Shown: positions 48,054-57,997 of the stretch, in pieces
How positions within the stretch are numbered: the first letter of the stretch is position 1
Layout of the letters: each line of letters opens with the position of its first letter
Source: a bacterium
GTDB taxonomy: Bacteria; Babelota; Babeliae; Babelales; JABGSX01
NCBI GenBank assembly: GCA_018647505.1
Contig: JABGSX010000013.1
Location: 1 to 57,997, forward strand
Reading direction: 5' to 3'
Length of the DNA stretch: 57,997 bases
Translations under genes and position numbers: made by a program
The notes under the pieces: model-generated
What the model was told of the DNA's origin: nothing
Seen by the model: the letters and a program-made list of their open reading frames with translations, nothing else
Database searches by the model: none

Positions 48054-49307
48054 ATGTTTTCAAGAGTAAAAGGGACTCGAGATTTTTTGGATTTAACCCT
48101 GTTTGATTTTTTTATTAAAAAAACATCCATACATGTAGAAAATTATAACTTTGAGCATATCGATACACCAATTTTGGAAACAACGGAGCTTTTTAAGCGT
48201 TCGCTTGGTACAAACACAGATGTTGTAAACAAAGAAATGTATGTTTTTGAAGGCTCAGAAGAGGGTGAAAAATCAATTTGTCTACGACCAGAAGTAACTG
48301 CTTCTACCATGCGTGCTTTTTTGGAAAATAATATTTCAAGTCTTCCTTGGAAAGTCTATTCATGGGGGCCGATGTTTCGCAAAGAGCGTCCTCAGCGAGG
48401 TAGGTATCGACAATTTCATCAGTTTAATATTGAGGCAATAGGGAGTGGGGAAATTTCTCTGGATGCAAATTTTATTGCGATGTTAGATCATTTGTTTTCA
48501 GAAGCCCTTATGTTGGACAATTATACTGTGCATGTTAATTTTCTAGGTTCTCCTGATGATCGAAAAGTATATAAAACAATCCTTGGAGATTTCTTAGACA
48601 AAAACAATAGTGCATTGTGTGGAAAGTGCAAAGAGCGACGCGAAAAAAACATTATGCGTGTGTTTGATTGTAAGCAAGAAGATTGTCAAAAATTATATAA
48701 AAAAGCTCCATATATAGTTGACTCGTTATCAGAAGAATCAAAAAAAGAGTGGGAGCAGTTGCAGTCTCTTCTTGAGTTATTATCCATTTCATTTTCTTAT
48801 ACTCCAACATTGGTGCGTGGTTTGGATTATTACAACAAAACAGTTTTTGAATTTTCAAGTACAGCGCTAGGAGCACAGAGTGCTTTTTGTGGTGGTGGCC
48901 GATATGATTATCTTGCTCAGGAGCTTGGAAGTAAGGAATGCTATCCATCATTTGGTGTTGCAATTGGAATTGAAAGGGTTTTAATTCTTTTGGAGCAAAT
49001 TAAGGACAAGTTACCGTTGCCACACAAAAAACCTTTACACTTGTTTTTGCCGTTGAGTGAAAACCAATATTCACTTGCTTCGTTATTGGCTGATCATGTC
49101 CAAGCTGCAAATTTGTGTGTTGATATTTTGTTTGACAAGCCGTCGCTAAAAAGCATGATGCGTAAAGCAAATAAAATGGGCGCGTCATATGTTTTACTTG
49201 TTGGAGATGATGAGCAAAAAAACAACACAGTTGTGGTAAAAAACATGGTTTCTGGGACAGAGGAAACAATTGCACAAAATGATTTGGTTGGGCACTTGAA
49301 AAAGTAA
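48054..49307 (+). CDS. hisS: Histidine--tRNA ligase
   Basis: KGTRD; LRPEVTA; FRKERPQRGRYRQFHQ; LVRGLDYY; GGGRYD; GIER. Confidence 0.97.
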   Translation: MFSRVKGTRDFLDLTLFDFFIKKTSIHVENYNFEHIDTPILETTELFKRSLGTNTDVVNKEMYVFEGSEEGEKSICLRPEVTASTMRAFLENNISSLPWKVYSWGPMFRKERPQRGRYRQFHQFNIEAIGSGEISLDANFIAMLDHLFSEALMLDNYTVHVNFLGSPDDRKVYKTILGDFLDKNNSALCGKCKERREKNIMRVFDCKQEDCQKLYKKAPYIVDSLSEESKKEWEQLQSLLELLSISFSYTPTLVRGLDYYNKTVFEFSSTALGAQSAFCGGGRYDYLAQELGSKECYPSFGVAIGIERVLILLEQIKDKLPLPHKKPLHLFLPLSENQYSLASLLADHVQAANLCVDILFDKPSLKSMMRKANKMGASYVLLVGDDEQKNNTVVVKNMVSGTEETIAQNDLVGHLKK

Positions 49308-49308
49308 A

Positions 49309-49962
49309 TTAAAAACCAAAAAGCTTCATTAGTATGGTTCTACCGAAATAAAAAAATGGTGCCACAAATAAAATGCTATCAAGACGATCTAAAAGGCCTC
49401 CATGTCCAGGTAAAATACTTCCAGAGTCTTTAATTTTGGCCTTGCGCTTTAAGTAGGACTCAAAGAGATCACCTGCAAATGCTACAATGCATATTGCAAT
49501 TGAGGTTATTATAACCAAAATGTGCGAAAATTGTTTTTCTGAGCTGGACAAGGCTAATGCCAAAATTATATATGAAAAAACAGCTGATCCAATTAAACCT
49601 TCCCATGATTTTTTTGGGCTGATCCGTGGTGCAATTAAGTGTTTGCCAAACTTTGTTCCAATAAAATAGGCCCCTGTATCGGCTGCAAATACAGAAATTA
49701 AAAGAAATGCAAAAAGCACACGGTATATTCCAGAATGGTTTAAAAGAATTAGTAAAATACATGGTGCAATTGGATACAGTGGGGTCAGGAGCCAGATCAA
49801 TTTGTTTTTTTTTGCTAACTTTGGCCATTCAAATATCAAAATTAAAGTTAAGGCGGCTGCAATAATTATGGAAATAGCAATCGTAGGACATTGCTTATAC
49901 AGAAGCCACAATAAAACTATTCCTACTATTCCGGTTATAACTCGTTTGTATACATTCTTCAT
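49309..49962 (-). CDS. cdsA: Phosphatidate cytidylyltransferase
   Basis: DTGAYF.G..FG; ISPKKSWEG; GDLFESYLKR...KDSG.ILPGHGG.LDRLDS. Confidence 0.95.
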   Translation of the reverse strand: MKNVYKRVITGIVGIVLLWLLYKQCPTIAISIIIAAALTLILIFEWPKLAKKNKLIWLLTPLYPIAPCILLILLNHSGIYRVLFAFLLISVFAADTGAYFIGTKFGKHLIAPRISPKKSWEGLIGSAVFSYIILALALSSSEKQFSHILVIITSIAICIVAFAGDLFESYLKRKAKIKDSGSILPGHGGLLDRLDSILFVAPFFYFGRTILMKLFGF

Positions 49963-50339
49963 TAAAAATTCTCCTGAACAAACGCATTTGGTATGTATGT
50001 TATTTTCCAATTTTTTTGCTCGACAAAAGCAACATCAAATCGAATTGCCTTGTCATACAAATTATTCTCAGCAATAAACATTTTTGCTGTGGCTATTATT
50101 TTTTTTTGTTTTGATTTTCTTATCAAGTCCGAGAATGGAACTGTTTCTTTTATTCGGGTTTTCACTTCTACAAAGGAGATTAGATCTCTTTTTTGTGCAA
50201 TAATATCAACCTCTCCGCATCGTTTCGAATAATTTTTTGCGATTATTACAAAACCATCCTGCTCAAGGTATTGGGCAACATTTTTTTCTCCCTGATTTCC
50301 TAGTAATTTTCGCGATGAAAAATCAGAACTTGGAGACAT
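49962..50339 (-). CDS. yraN: YraN family endonuclease
   Basis: G..GE..A.YL; GEVDII; FVEVKTR; RFDV. Confidence 0.92.
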   Translation of the reverse strand: MSPSSDFSSRKLLGNQGEKNVAQYLEQDGFVIIAKNYSKRCGEVDIIAQKRDLISFVEVKTRIKETVPFSDLIRKSKQKKIIATAKMFIAENNLYDKAIRFDVAFVEQKNWKITYIPNAFVQENF

Positions 50340-51357
50340 AGTCTATTTTTTTTCGTCGTTTCGTTTTTTGTTTTCCTGGACTGGTTATATCCAAAATATC
50401 ATTGGAGCTTTTATCTCGTAAGTTTTCGTATTGCTTTTTGAATGTTAAAGCCTTTTTGTTTTCTTCTTTTCGTTCTGTTTTTACCCATTTGATGTAGTTG
50501 GCTAATGGGCCTGGAGCATTTTTAGGGCGCTTATATTTTTTTGGATCTTTGTTTTTTGCGAGGATGTATCGCAATTCTTCAATTTTTTCTTTTGTGTTTT
50601 CTAGCCGTTTTTCAAATTGTTTTACAATTGAGTCAAGACGTTTTTCTGCGGCCTTTAAATTTTTCTTGTTTGCATGGAATTTAAATATTTCAACTTCGTT
50701 GTCAAAAAGTTTCTCCAGGCAATGCTTTAAAATTTTTGCTACGTCAGCTGTGTACTTTTTGTACAATTTTTTTCTTTGCAAAAAATTTTCTGCTAACAAA
50801 ATTGCCTGTCTTGTAACCGATTGGTCTCTGTCGTGGTCTGGAAGTCTGTAAACATGACACAATATAGCTCTATATTCAACCTCTTCCGTGTCTGTACTTC
50901 CTGGGTATAACAGTGCAAATTCTGTGTATAATGTTCCAGCTTTTTCAAGGTCTTCTTTTTCAAAGTATGTGTTTGCAAGCTTAAGTTTTAAATTTTTTAG
51001 TTTTTGCGTGTCAGAGCAGATTGAAGTTTTTCTTTCAAGACAACGGGCAACCATTCTCAAGTTTTTTTGCTGTTTGTACAATAATATTGCTTCATCCAGT
51101 TCAGTATCGCTCAGAGATTTATAACTTTTTCGAAGAACTTCCGGAAGATTGGCCAGCTTTTTCCACTTTGGTTTTTTTATGACTTTTTTTGAAACCTGTT
51201 GTTTTTCTTTTGCTTTTTGATATTTGTTTTTTCTTTTTTTTGCCTTTGTTTGTGTTTTGTTTTTATCGGAGCTTTTCGTAGCTAAGGTGTGGCTGGTGAG
51301 TGGGCTTGTTAAAAAACAAGCAAACATGATTAATAAAAAAATATTTTTTGTGGACAT
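50323..51357 (-). CDS. bamD: BamD/YfiO-like TPR protein with Lys-rich extensions
   Basis: F..LYPGS; DRDQS.T..A; E.EI..F; N..AA..R. Confidence 0.75.
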   Translation of the reverse strand: MSTKNIFLLIMFACFLTSPLTSHTLATKSSDKNKTQTKAKKRKNKYQKAKEKQQVSKKVIKKPKWKKLANLPEVLRKSYKSLSDTELDEAILLYKQQKNLRMVARCLERKTSICSDTQKLKNLKLKLANTYFEKEDLEKAGTLYTEFALLYPGSTDTEEVEYRAILCHVYRLPDHDRDQSVTRQAILLAENFLQRKKLYKKYTADVAKILKHCLEKLFDNEVEIFKFHANKKNLKAAEKRLDSIVKQFEKRLENTKEKIEELRYILAKNKDPKKYKRPKNAPGPLANYIKWVKTERKEENKKALTFKKQYENLRDKSSNDILDITSPGKQKTKRRKKIDYVSKF

Positions 51358-51514
51358 AACAGATCCTGTTGTATTAAAAAGTAAGAAGCAATCAATATTT
51401 TTATCAACGTAATGGTTTAAGGTACCATAGCTTCTACCACGAGGCAAGACACAGGTACAGTTTGTGATATAATGGTGGAATGAAAAATAAAAAACGAACA
51501 AAAAAGGACCTACA

Positions 51515-53197
51515 ATGAAAAGTTTGGGTGAATTTCTTGTTGAAAAAAAGATAATTACACAAGAGCAACTTCAGCTTTCTTCTGAAGAAGCAGAAAAGGG
51601 AAAAGAGTCATTCCACGAATATTTGCTAAAAAATAAGGTTATCACTGATCAGCAGCTTGCTAAAGCCTTGGCCGAATATTCTTCATTTCAGTATGTAGAA
51701 AAAATTACTGACAAAATGACAGAACCTTCATTGCTTGCAAAAACAACTTTTAAATTTTTACGAGACAATGCGATAATTCCAATCGAACAAGACAAACAGA
51801 TTTTAATTCTTACGGCAAACCCTCTGGATTTTCAACCTCTTGATGAACTTAATATAATTCTAGGCGGAAACGCTGTTTATGCTGTTTCTACAAGGGCGGT
51901 TATCATTGACGGTGTTAATAGATTTTATCCTCTTGAAGAGACCAGTCAAATGATGGAAGAGCTTGAGGATGAAGACCCAGAAACATTAGAGTTTGAAGAG
52001 ATTGATGAAAAAGATATTTTGGGAATGGCAAGCGAAGCCCCTATTATCAAGCTTGTAAATCACATTCTCTTTCAGGCTGTAAAGCGTGAGGCATCTGATA
52101 TTCATATTGAACCACAGGAAAAAGAGGTAAGAGTTAGATATCGTGTTGATGGTGTTATGTATTCAGTTTTAACTCCACCAAAAAGAGTTCAGGGGGCGTT
52201 AATTTCACGTATCAAAATCATGGCAAATCTCAATATAGCAGAAAAAAGAAAGCCACAGGATGGAAGAATTCAGATAAAAATTGCTGACAGGTCAATTGAT
52301 CTTCGTGTGTCTGTTCTTCCAATAATTTTTGGTGAATCTATTGTAATGCGTCTTTTTGATCAAACAAAATCAATTGAAACCTTGAAAAAATTAGGATTCA
52401 ATAAAAGAGATTACGATATTGTTCACAAGTCAATAACCAGGCCAAATGGTATTGTATTTACGTCTGGTCCAACGGGCTCTGGTAAAACAACAACGTTATA
52501 TTCTATTTTGAGTTTATTAAATCGCCCAGAAGTTAATATAATTACGGTTGAAGATCCCGTTGAATACCAGCTAGCAGGACTTTCTCAGGTTGCTGTGAGG
52601 GAAAAAGTTGATCTTACCTTTGCTAATGCACTTCGTTCTATTTTACGTCAGGATCCTGATATTATAATGATTGGTGAAACTCGAGATCAGGAAACGGCGC
52701 AAATAGCTATCCGGGCTGCGCTAACAGGGCACCTTGTGTTGAGCACGATTCATACAAATAGTGCTGCTGCCACAGTTACTCGTTTGATCGATATGGGTAT
52801 CGAGCCATTTCTTGTCTCGTCTTCAGTTATTTGTATCATCGCTCAAAGACTTGTCAGGCAGCTTTGTGATAAGTGCAAAAAAGAATATAAACCAACAAGC
52901 GAGATTTTAAAACTTATCGGTCTAACAGAAAAAGACGTCAAAGGTGCGACTCTGTACAAGGCCAAGGGTTGTGAGGAATGTTCTTTTTCTGGCTATAAAG
53001 GCCGGTTGGCAATTTTTGAAGTTATGGAAATTACTGAAAAAATCGCTGAATTAACAATAGAACGGACAGACATGCTTTCAATACGCAAGTTGGCAATTGA
53101 GCAGGGAATGACAACCTTGCTTCAAGATGGAATAGAAAAGGTAAAGCAGGGACTTACAACTACAGAAGAGGTTCTTACTGTTGCATCAAGCTTGTGA
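51515..53197 (+). CDS. gspE: T2SS assembly ATPase GspE/PilB
   Basis: ASDIHIEP; RYRVDG; GPTGSGKTTT; EDPVE; LRQDPD; TGHLVLST; CxxC..CxxC. Confidence 0.93.
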   Translation: MKSLGEFLVEKKIITQEQLQLSSEEAEKGKESFHEYLLKNKVITDQQLAKALAEYSSFQYVEKITDKMTEPSLLAKTTFKFLRDNAIIPIEQDKQILILTANPLDFQPLDELNIILGGNAVYAVSTRAVIIDGVNRFYPLEETSQMMEELEDEDPETLEFEEIDEKDILGMASEAPIIKLVNHILFQAVKREASDIHIEPQEKEVRVRYRVDGVMYSVLTPPKRVQGALISRIKIMANLNIAEKRKPQDGRIQIKIADRSIDLRVSVLPIIFGESIVMRLFDQTKSIETLKKLGFNKRDYDIVHKSITRPNGIVFTSGPTGSGKTTTLYSILSLLNRPEVNIITVEDPVEYQLAGLSQVAVREKVDLTFANALRSILRQDPDIIMIGETRDQETAQIAIRAALTGHLVLSTIHTNSAAATVTRLIDMGIEPFLVSSSVICIIAQRLVRQLCDKCKKEYKPTSEILKLIGLTEKDVKGATLYKAKGCEECSFSGYKGRLAIFEVMEITEKIAELTIERTDMLSIRKLAIEQGMTTLLQDGIEKVKQGLTTTEEVLTVASSL

Positions 53198-53234
53198 TCC
53201 AATTGTCGGCTGATTTTTTTTGCGTAGGGTTGAG

Positions 53235-53738
53235 ATGAGACGTTTTTTTCGTCGTGGATTTTATCTTCTCGAGCTTGTCGTTTTGGTTGGCATAATAAGT
53301 TTTTTGGCGCTTGTGAGTGTCCCGCGTCTAGGCTTTATTAAAAGTGCGATGGTAAGGGCCGAAATGGATAAGCTTTATTCAACTTTTTTGTATGCGCAGC
53401 AATTATCTATTGTCGAAAATAAGCAAAAAACGCTAACATTCGATACACAAAAAAATGTATATCATTTTGAGGGAAAAACGTATCCATTGCCGCATAAAAT
53501 CACTTTTGGAGTTTTACCCCGGGTTTTAGGGTCGCCTTCTAATCCTAACAAAGTTCTTAAGCGTGGGGTTTCCTATGCGCATAAATCTGTTGAGTTTTAT
53601 CCTTCGGGGATAGTCAAGCCTGGAATGGCCTGCTTGGTTGACCTCTCTGAAAACTATATGTGTTGTATAAGTTCTTCTGTCGCGCAAGTTTCCTATATTA
53701 GGCGCTATGAATACAAAGGGTCCTGGAGACAGATTTAA
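53235..53738 (+). CDS. Prepilin-type protein (FimT/GspH-like)
   Basis: RRG|FYLLELVVL; F.PSG. Confidence 0.75.
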   Translation: MRRFFRRGFYLLELVVLVGIISFLALVSVPRLGFIKSAMVRAEMDKLYSTFLYAQQLSIVENKQKTLTFDTQKNVYHFEGKTYPLPHKITFGVLPRVLGSPSNPNKVLKRGVSYAHKSVEFYPSGIVKPGMACLVDLSENYMCCISSSVAQVSYIRRYEYKGSWRQI

Positions 53739-56473
53739 TGTTTTTAAAATGGTTGTGGGCATTTACTAAAATAATTTTTGCAGTAGCGTGTGGTGTTTTG
53801 CTTTCTTTGTATTTGCTTGAGAGAGATGATCGAATACAACAGACAATAGAAAAGCACTTCTTTTGCTCTCTTCGCGAAAAATTGGGGTGTGAGGTTGAGG
53901 GGAACCTCAAAAAAGCCAGCTTATTTTCTTCCTGTTTTGTAATTGATAATTTTAATGTGGTAAAAAAAGATAAACAAGGAAAAACTAAGTGGCGGTGCTT
54001 TTGCAAAAAGTTTGAAATGCATTTTTCATGGATAGACTGTTTTGCTTTGGGTTGGATAAATGCCAAAGTAATATATAACAATCTAGACGCTTATTCGGAG
54101 TTTGTTGATGGTGAGCTTTTGATGCAAAAAGATGTCTCTGCATTTCTTGATTTGCCCGCGCCGGTTCCACTAAGTATAAAGTCAGTTTCTGTTGTTAAAG
54201 GACACTTGAATTTTTTTGACGTAAAGACACGCATGTCTTTTGTTATGGACTTTAACAGTGATTCTGGAAGAATGCGTAATATATTGAGAAATAACATAAA
54301 GATTAAAGATGGCTCTTTGCGCGGTCCTAACAAAACATTTTTAAGATCGTTGCAAGGAACTTTTTGGTATGATTTTAGGTACGATAGAATCATATCGGGG
54401 TCTGTAGACTGCACGGCGAGTTTTCCAATTTTACAAAAAGATGATGATAATGTTCTTGTTTTTGGAAAGTGGAATTTGGAAGCAGGTGAGTTTGGTATTT
54501 ACAACAAGGATCATTCTTTTGTTGTATCTCCAATTGAGTTGAAATTTAAAAACGGAAAAACATGCTTTGATATCCAAGCAAGATCATCTATAGACAATAT
54601 TATAAAAATTTTTCAAAAGAGTGATGTGAATTTTGCTCATGGTGATGCGAATGTTGCGGCCTGTGGCTACGTTGAGAATGGTGTTTTTAGTATAAAAGGT
54701 GATGCCAATATAGACTTGTCCAAGTACAAAAACTTCAACATTGAAAATATAATATTTGGTTTTTTAGGTAACAATGAAGGCTTTTCTGGTACGGCGGCGG
54801 TTCCAGCCGTTGGCTTTTCAGGAGACTGGACGTGGGATACAAAGCGTGAGCGTGGTGATGCTGTGATTACCAATGTTATCCCAATTAGCATAATGTCTAA
54901 CAGATATTGGAAAACTTTGAGTGGAGATATTAAGGCAAAAGTTTCTGTAGATAAAGATTTTAACGTTGCCGGGACGTACGATTGTATTGCAACACATACA
55001 AAGTTGGGGACAAAAATAAAAACAAGTGGGACAGTCTCGTACGACAAAAAGATGGTAAAAACTGTTGGGCAGACAAATAGATATTTATATGAATTAGACT
55101 TTTGTACAGACCCAAAAATTTTACTTAAAAAGATTTTTTTCTCAGATAAAAATGGAAATATTTTTATCAACATTTTTACTAAAAAAGGAAAAAATTTAAA
55201 TGGCACCGTTACATTTGAGGGTCTGAAGGAATTTCTTTCAATTTATTTTGATACAGAAATTTCTGGCGAGGGAGCGCTGGATCTTAGCGGTTGTGTATCT
55301 TCAAAAAAAATAGATTTGCGAATAGATCTGAAAGATGGAAATATTCGGCTTCCAAAAACTTATAGCTTTGTTAAAGACTTTGGGTGTTTGGCTGTGCTTG
55401 ACCTTGAAAAAAGAGAATTGGAAATAGAGGGAGCAAGGGTTGGCTTTCATGATGGAGAAATTACATGCAAAAGAATATGTGCAGAGTTTTCTGATGCTTG
55501 GGAATTGGATACGCTTTGTATTCCTATGTGTATAAATGATCTTTTTGTAAACCTGGAGCAAGAGTTGTTTGTTTCCATTTCCGGAAACTTGTTGCTTAAT
55601 AAGAAGAAAAATAATATTTCAGATTTGGGTGGATTTTTGATATTAAATAGTTCGCAATTTAATCAGAATATTTTTTCATCTGCGTTTAAGCGAAAAATTG
55701 TGGGAATTGCTACCAGCCCCTTTGAGAAACAACTATATGATGCGGTTATTGATATAGATTTAGTTACATATAAACCAATGCGGGTTAAAACTTCATTTTT
55801 AGAAACAAAAGCCCATTGTGATCTTAAAATTAACAAAACTCTTCTTAATCCTGAGATTGTTGGCACAATTCAACTTGAGGGTGGCTTTTTATCGTTTCCA
55901 TACAAAAATCTTAACATTACCAATGGAACAATTTTCTTTTTCCCTGGACAAACGAAAGACCCAACAATTGAGCTTGAGGCTAAAAATAAGGTAAAGAGAT
56001 ATAATGTTGGCCTGAATGTAGAGGGTTCACTGCTAAACCCCCATATTATGTTTGAATCTAATCCTTCTCTTACCGATGAGCAAATTGTTGCATTGTTATT
56101 GGCGGGCACGGAGGATGATTCTCTAAACATTGTTGTACCAACCTTGCTTATGCAGAATATTAAAAACATTGTGTTAAGCAATGATCAGACAAAATCTAAA
56201 CTAGATAAATGTTTTGATGCGTTGTTAAAACCCCTTAAGAGTGTTCGACTTGTTCCAAAATTTAGTGATCAGACTGGTCGTGGTGGATTACGCGGTGCTG
56301 TGGAAATAGACGTTAGTGACAGACTTCGGGCTCTTGTAGAAAAAAACTTTAGTTTGTCTGAGGACACAAGGTTTGAGGTAGAATATCTTCTTACTGATGA
56401 GGTTGGACTGAAGGCTGTTAAGGATGAGCGCGGTGATCTTGGTGGCGAGATTGAAATGCGTTGGAAGTTTTGA
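53738..56473 (+). CDS. tamB: TamB/DUF490 translocation and assembly module protein
   Basis: N-terminal TM, long beta-rich body, G.I.F..DP..L.A, P...F.S.P.L....I..LL, terminal beta strands. Confidence 0.75.
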   Translation: MFLKWLWAFTKIIFAVACGVLLSLYLLERDDRIQQTIEKHFFCSLREKLGCEVEGNLKKASLFSSCFVIDNFNVVKKDKQGKTKWRCFCKKFEMHFSWIDCFALGWINAKVIYNNLDAYSEFVDGELLMQKDVSAFLDLPAPVPLSIKSVSVVKGHLNFFDVKTRMSFVMDFNSDSGRMRNILRNNIKIKDGSLRGPNKTFLRSLQGTFWYDFRYDRIISGSVDCTASFPILQKDDDNVLVFGKWNLEAGEFGIYNKDHSFVVSPIELKFKNGKTCFDIQARSSIDNIIKIFQKSDVNFAHGDANVAACGYVENGVFSIKGDANIDLSKYKNFNIENIIFGFLGNNEGFSGTAAVPAVGFSGDWTWDTKRERGDAVITNVIPISIMSNRYWKTLSGDIKAKVSVDKDFNVAGTYDCIATHTKLGTKIKTSGTVSYDKKMVKTVGQTNRYLYELDFCTDPKILLKKIFFSDKNGNIFINIFTKKGKNLNGTVTFEGLKEFLSIYFDTEISGEGALDLSGCVSSKKIDLRIDLKDGNIRLPKTYSFVKDFGCLAVLDLEKRELEIEGARVGFHDGEITCKRICAEFSDAWELDTLCIPMCINDLFVNLEQELFVSISGNLLLNKKKNNISDLGGFLILNSSQFNQNIFSSAFKRKIVGIATSPFEKQLYDAVIDIDLVTYKPMRVKTSFLETKAHCDLKINKTLLNPEIVGTIQLEGGFLSFPYKNLNITNGTIFFFPGQTKDPTIELEAKNKVKRYNVGLNVEGSLLNPHIMFESNPSLTDEQIVALLLAGTEDDSLNIVVPTLLMQNIKNIVLSNDQTKSKLDKCFDALLKPLKSVRLVPKFSDQTGRGGLRGAVEIDVSDRLRALVEKNFSLSEDTRFEVEYLLTDEVGLKAVKDERGDLGGEIEMRWKF

Positions 56474-56578
56474 ATCTGTTCTTATTGAATCCTGTCATTA
56501 AATTTGCGATTTTTAATATTATTTTGTATGAGTAATCAAGAATAAGTTTTTTGGCAGCTTGAAAAAAGGAAGATTGCG

Positions 56579-57283
56579 ATGAAGTATAAATTTTTTTTAG
56601 TCATATCGTTTTTTGTATCATCTTTGTTCATAACCGATCTTTTCCCAACCACTTGGGCCTATTTTTCTCCTCATGACAATATAAAAGACAAGGTTCTGCA
56701 ATATATGAAGAATGAGGAAAAATCAATTTGTGTGGCTGTATATTGGCTTACAGATAAGGATTATATTAACGAGGCCATAAAAGCTGTAAAACGTGGTGTA
56801 AAGGTTGAAATTATTGTTGATAAGGAGACAATGTCTTCTTACGTGCAAACGTTGAGAAAAAACATCATCAGACTAACGGACGCAGGAGTAAAAATTCTTG
56901 TTTATGGGGCATTTTATGGAACAATGCACAATAAGTTTTGTGTTTTCGAAAAAAACAAAGGAATTGGAAAGTTGGAGGGCAAGCCAAGAAGTATTGCGTA
57001 CACAGGTTCATTTAATCTGACCTGGAAGGCAAATTTTGTAAACCAAGAAAACGTTATATTTTTTGATGATCCAGAGATTGTCAAATTGTACAAGGAGCGA
57101 TTTAAAAGAATCAAGGCTGAAGTTACGTCTTTTGGACAGGAAGTGAACAGAGTAAAAAGAAGTATTAAAACTCGCTATGATCATAATTATGGAGATGATG
57201 AGAGTATTAATATAGAACCAGAGGACGCTCTATCTGGTGGTGACTATGATGATGAAGCGGAGGCTTTAGCGCAAGTTGCATAA
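56579..57283 (+). CDS. Secreted PLD/Nuc-family phosphodiesterase (single motif, HxKxxxxE)
   Basis: FSP; AVY.LT; RGVKV..IVD; MHNKFCVFE; TGSFNLT; N.EN. Confidence 0.85.
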   Translation: MKYKFFLVISFFVSSLFITDLFPTTWAYFSPHDNIKDKVLQYMKNEEKSICVAVYWLTDKDYINEAIKAVKRGVKVEIIVDKETMSSYVQTLRKNIIRLTDAGVKILVYGAFYGTMHNKFCVFEKNKGIGKLEGKPRSIAYTGSFNLTWKANFVNQENVIFFDDPEIVKLYKERFKRIKAEVTSFGQEVNRVKRSIKTRYDHNYGDDESINIEPEDALSGGDYDDEAEALAQVA

Positions 57284-57446
57284 TTATTCATGGTGCCTAG
57301 CAAGAATGCCAGGCACCGGATGATTGTCTTTTTTATCAATAAGAAATTTGCAGTGTCATCCCGTTTTAAATGTTTGCTTTTTAAGTTGTTTGGTGATAGA
57401 ACTTTGCTCCAACAAGTTTATTCTTTTCTTTGGCCTGGAGCATGCA

Positions 57447-57997
57447 GTGAAACACCCATTTTTCATTATAAACTCAATGATTTTCTTGTTTTTGGCATCT
57501 TTGTACCCCAGTACAAATGCACATGATTTTACTTTTGCTGTTGGACATTTTGCTGCTCGGGAGTTGCCGGCATATGAAAAGGAAAAACTTTTGCATGAAT
57601 ATGAAAAAAAACAAGCTGAGAGGTTTTCTGACAATGGTTTTTTTTCACGTATTGATTTTGTTCGACGGGAAGATTCTTTTCTAGGTCGTTCTCATGTTTT
57701 TCCTGCCCATAGACATGCAAATGACAATCAAGAAAATATTCAACGGGCAGAAGAGCTGCAACTACAAATTCGAATAGAGCAGGAACAAAAAAAGCAAGAA
57801 CAACGACGAATAATAGAAAACCAAAGAAAAAGTGTTTGTGTGTTGTTTCATGCTGACTCTGTGCCGGTGGAAATAGTTGATCAGGTGAGAGGCGTTGGAA
57901 ATGAGCATGATCAAATAATTTTTATAATCGATAAAATAAAAAATTCTCCTGACATGAAAAGATATTTTTGTGTACCAAGTGGAATTTTAAAAAGATA
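57447..57997 (+). CDS. Secreted hypothetical protein (3'-truncated by the window edge; absent from the ORF track)
   Basis: GGAG RBS then GTG at 57447; MKHPFFIINSMIFLFLASLYPSTNA signal; frame open to the window end. Confidence 0.6.
   Translation, partial: MKHPFFIINSMIFLFLASLYPSTNAHDFTFAVGHFAARELPAYEKEKLLHEYEKKQAERFSDNGFFSRIDFVRREDSFLGRSHVFPAHRHANDNQENIQRAEELQLQIRIEQEQKKQEQRRIIENQRKSVCVLFHADSVPVEIVDQVRGVGNEHDQIIFIIDKIKNSPDMKRYFCVPSGILKR

Noticed and set aside
57292-57317. Hairpin ggtgcctagca-agaa-tgccaggcacc after the PLD gene
   Set aside because: One mismatch, no adjacent U-tract and no second copy seen; cannot be called a terminator or REP element.
1-57997. tRNA, rRNA, transposase, integrase or prophage genes, and the many short overlapping ORFs in the track
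   Set aside because: No recognisable signatures were found; the short ORFs overlap well-supported genes and have no motifs of their own.

Overview
AT-rich bacterial chromosomal window using the standard genetic code. The gene repertoire suggests a host-associated diderm, most likely Candidatus Dependentiae (Babelota/TM6). This is inferred from the many Sec-signal hypothetical proteins, lineage-type beta-barrel proteins, type-2 ValRS, minimal ftsQ-ftsA-ftsZ cluster and split T2SS, not from a database search. The left end (1-3952) is a polymorphic toxin-immunity locus. It has a large carrier protein whose nuclease-like C-terminal domain is split by a frameshift in an A9 run, two paralogous immunity-like genes, an orphan EndoU toxin/immunity pair, and a ~200-bp copy of the carrier's pre-toxin segment marking a probable cassette-exchange junction. 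The rest holds a T2SS/pseudopilin operon (gspF-G-H-I-J-K plus an MCE gene) with gspE, a pilin and tamB 37 kb away. Housekeeping genes are valS, tyrS, hisS, secA, ybeY, trmH, rlmB, ftsA, ftsZ, pgeF, galE, cdsA, yraN and bamD. Also present are two TMTC-like GT-C/TPR paralogs, a site-2-protease homolog lacking its catalytic motifs, a signal-peptide Hsp20, several effector-like secreted proteins and a few decaying genes. I found no rRNA, tRNA, CRISPR array or transposase.
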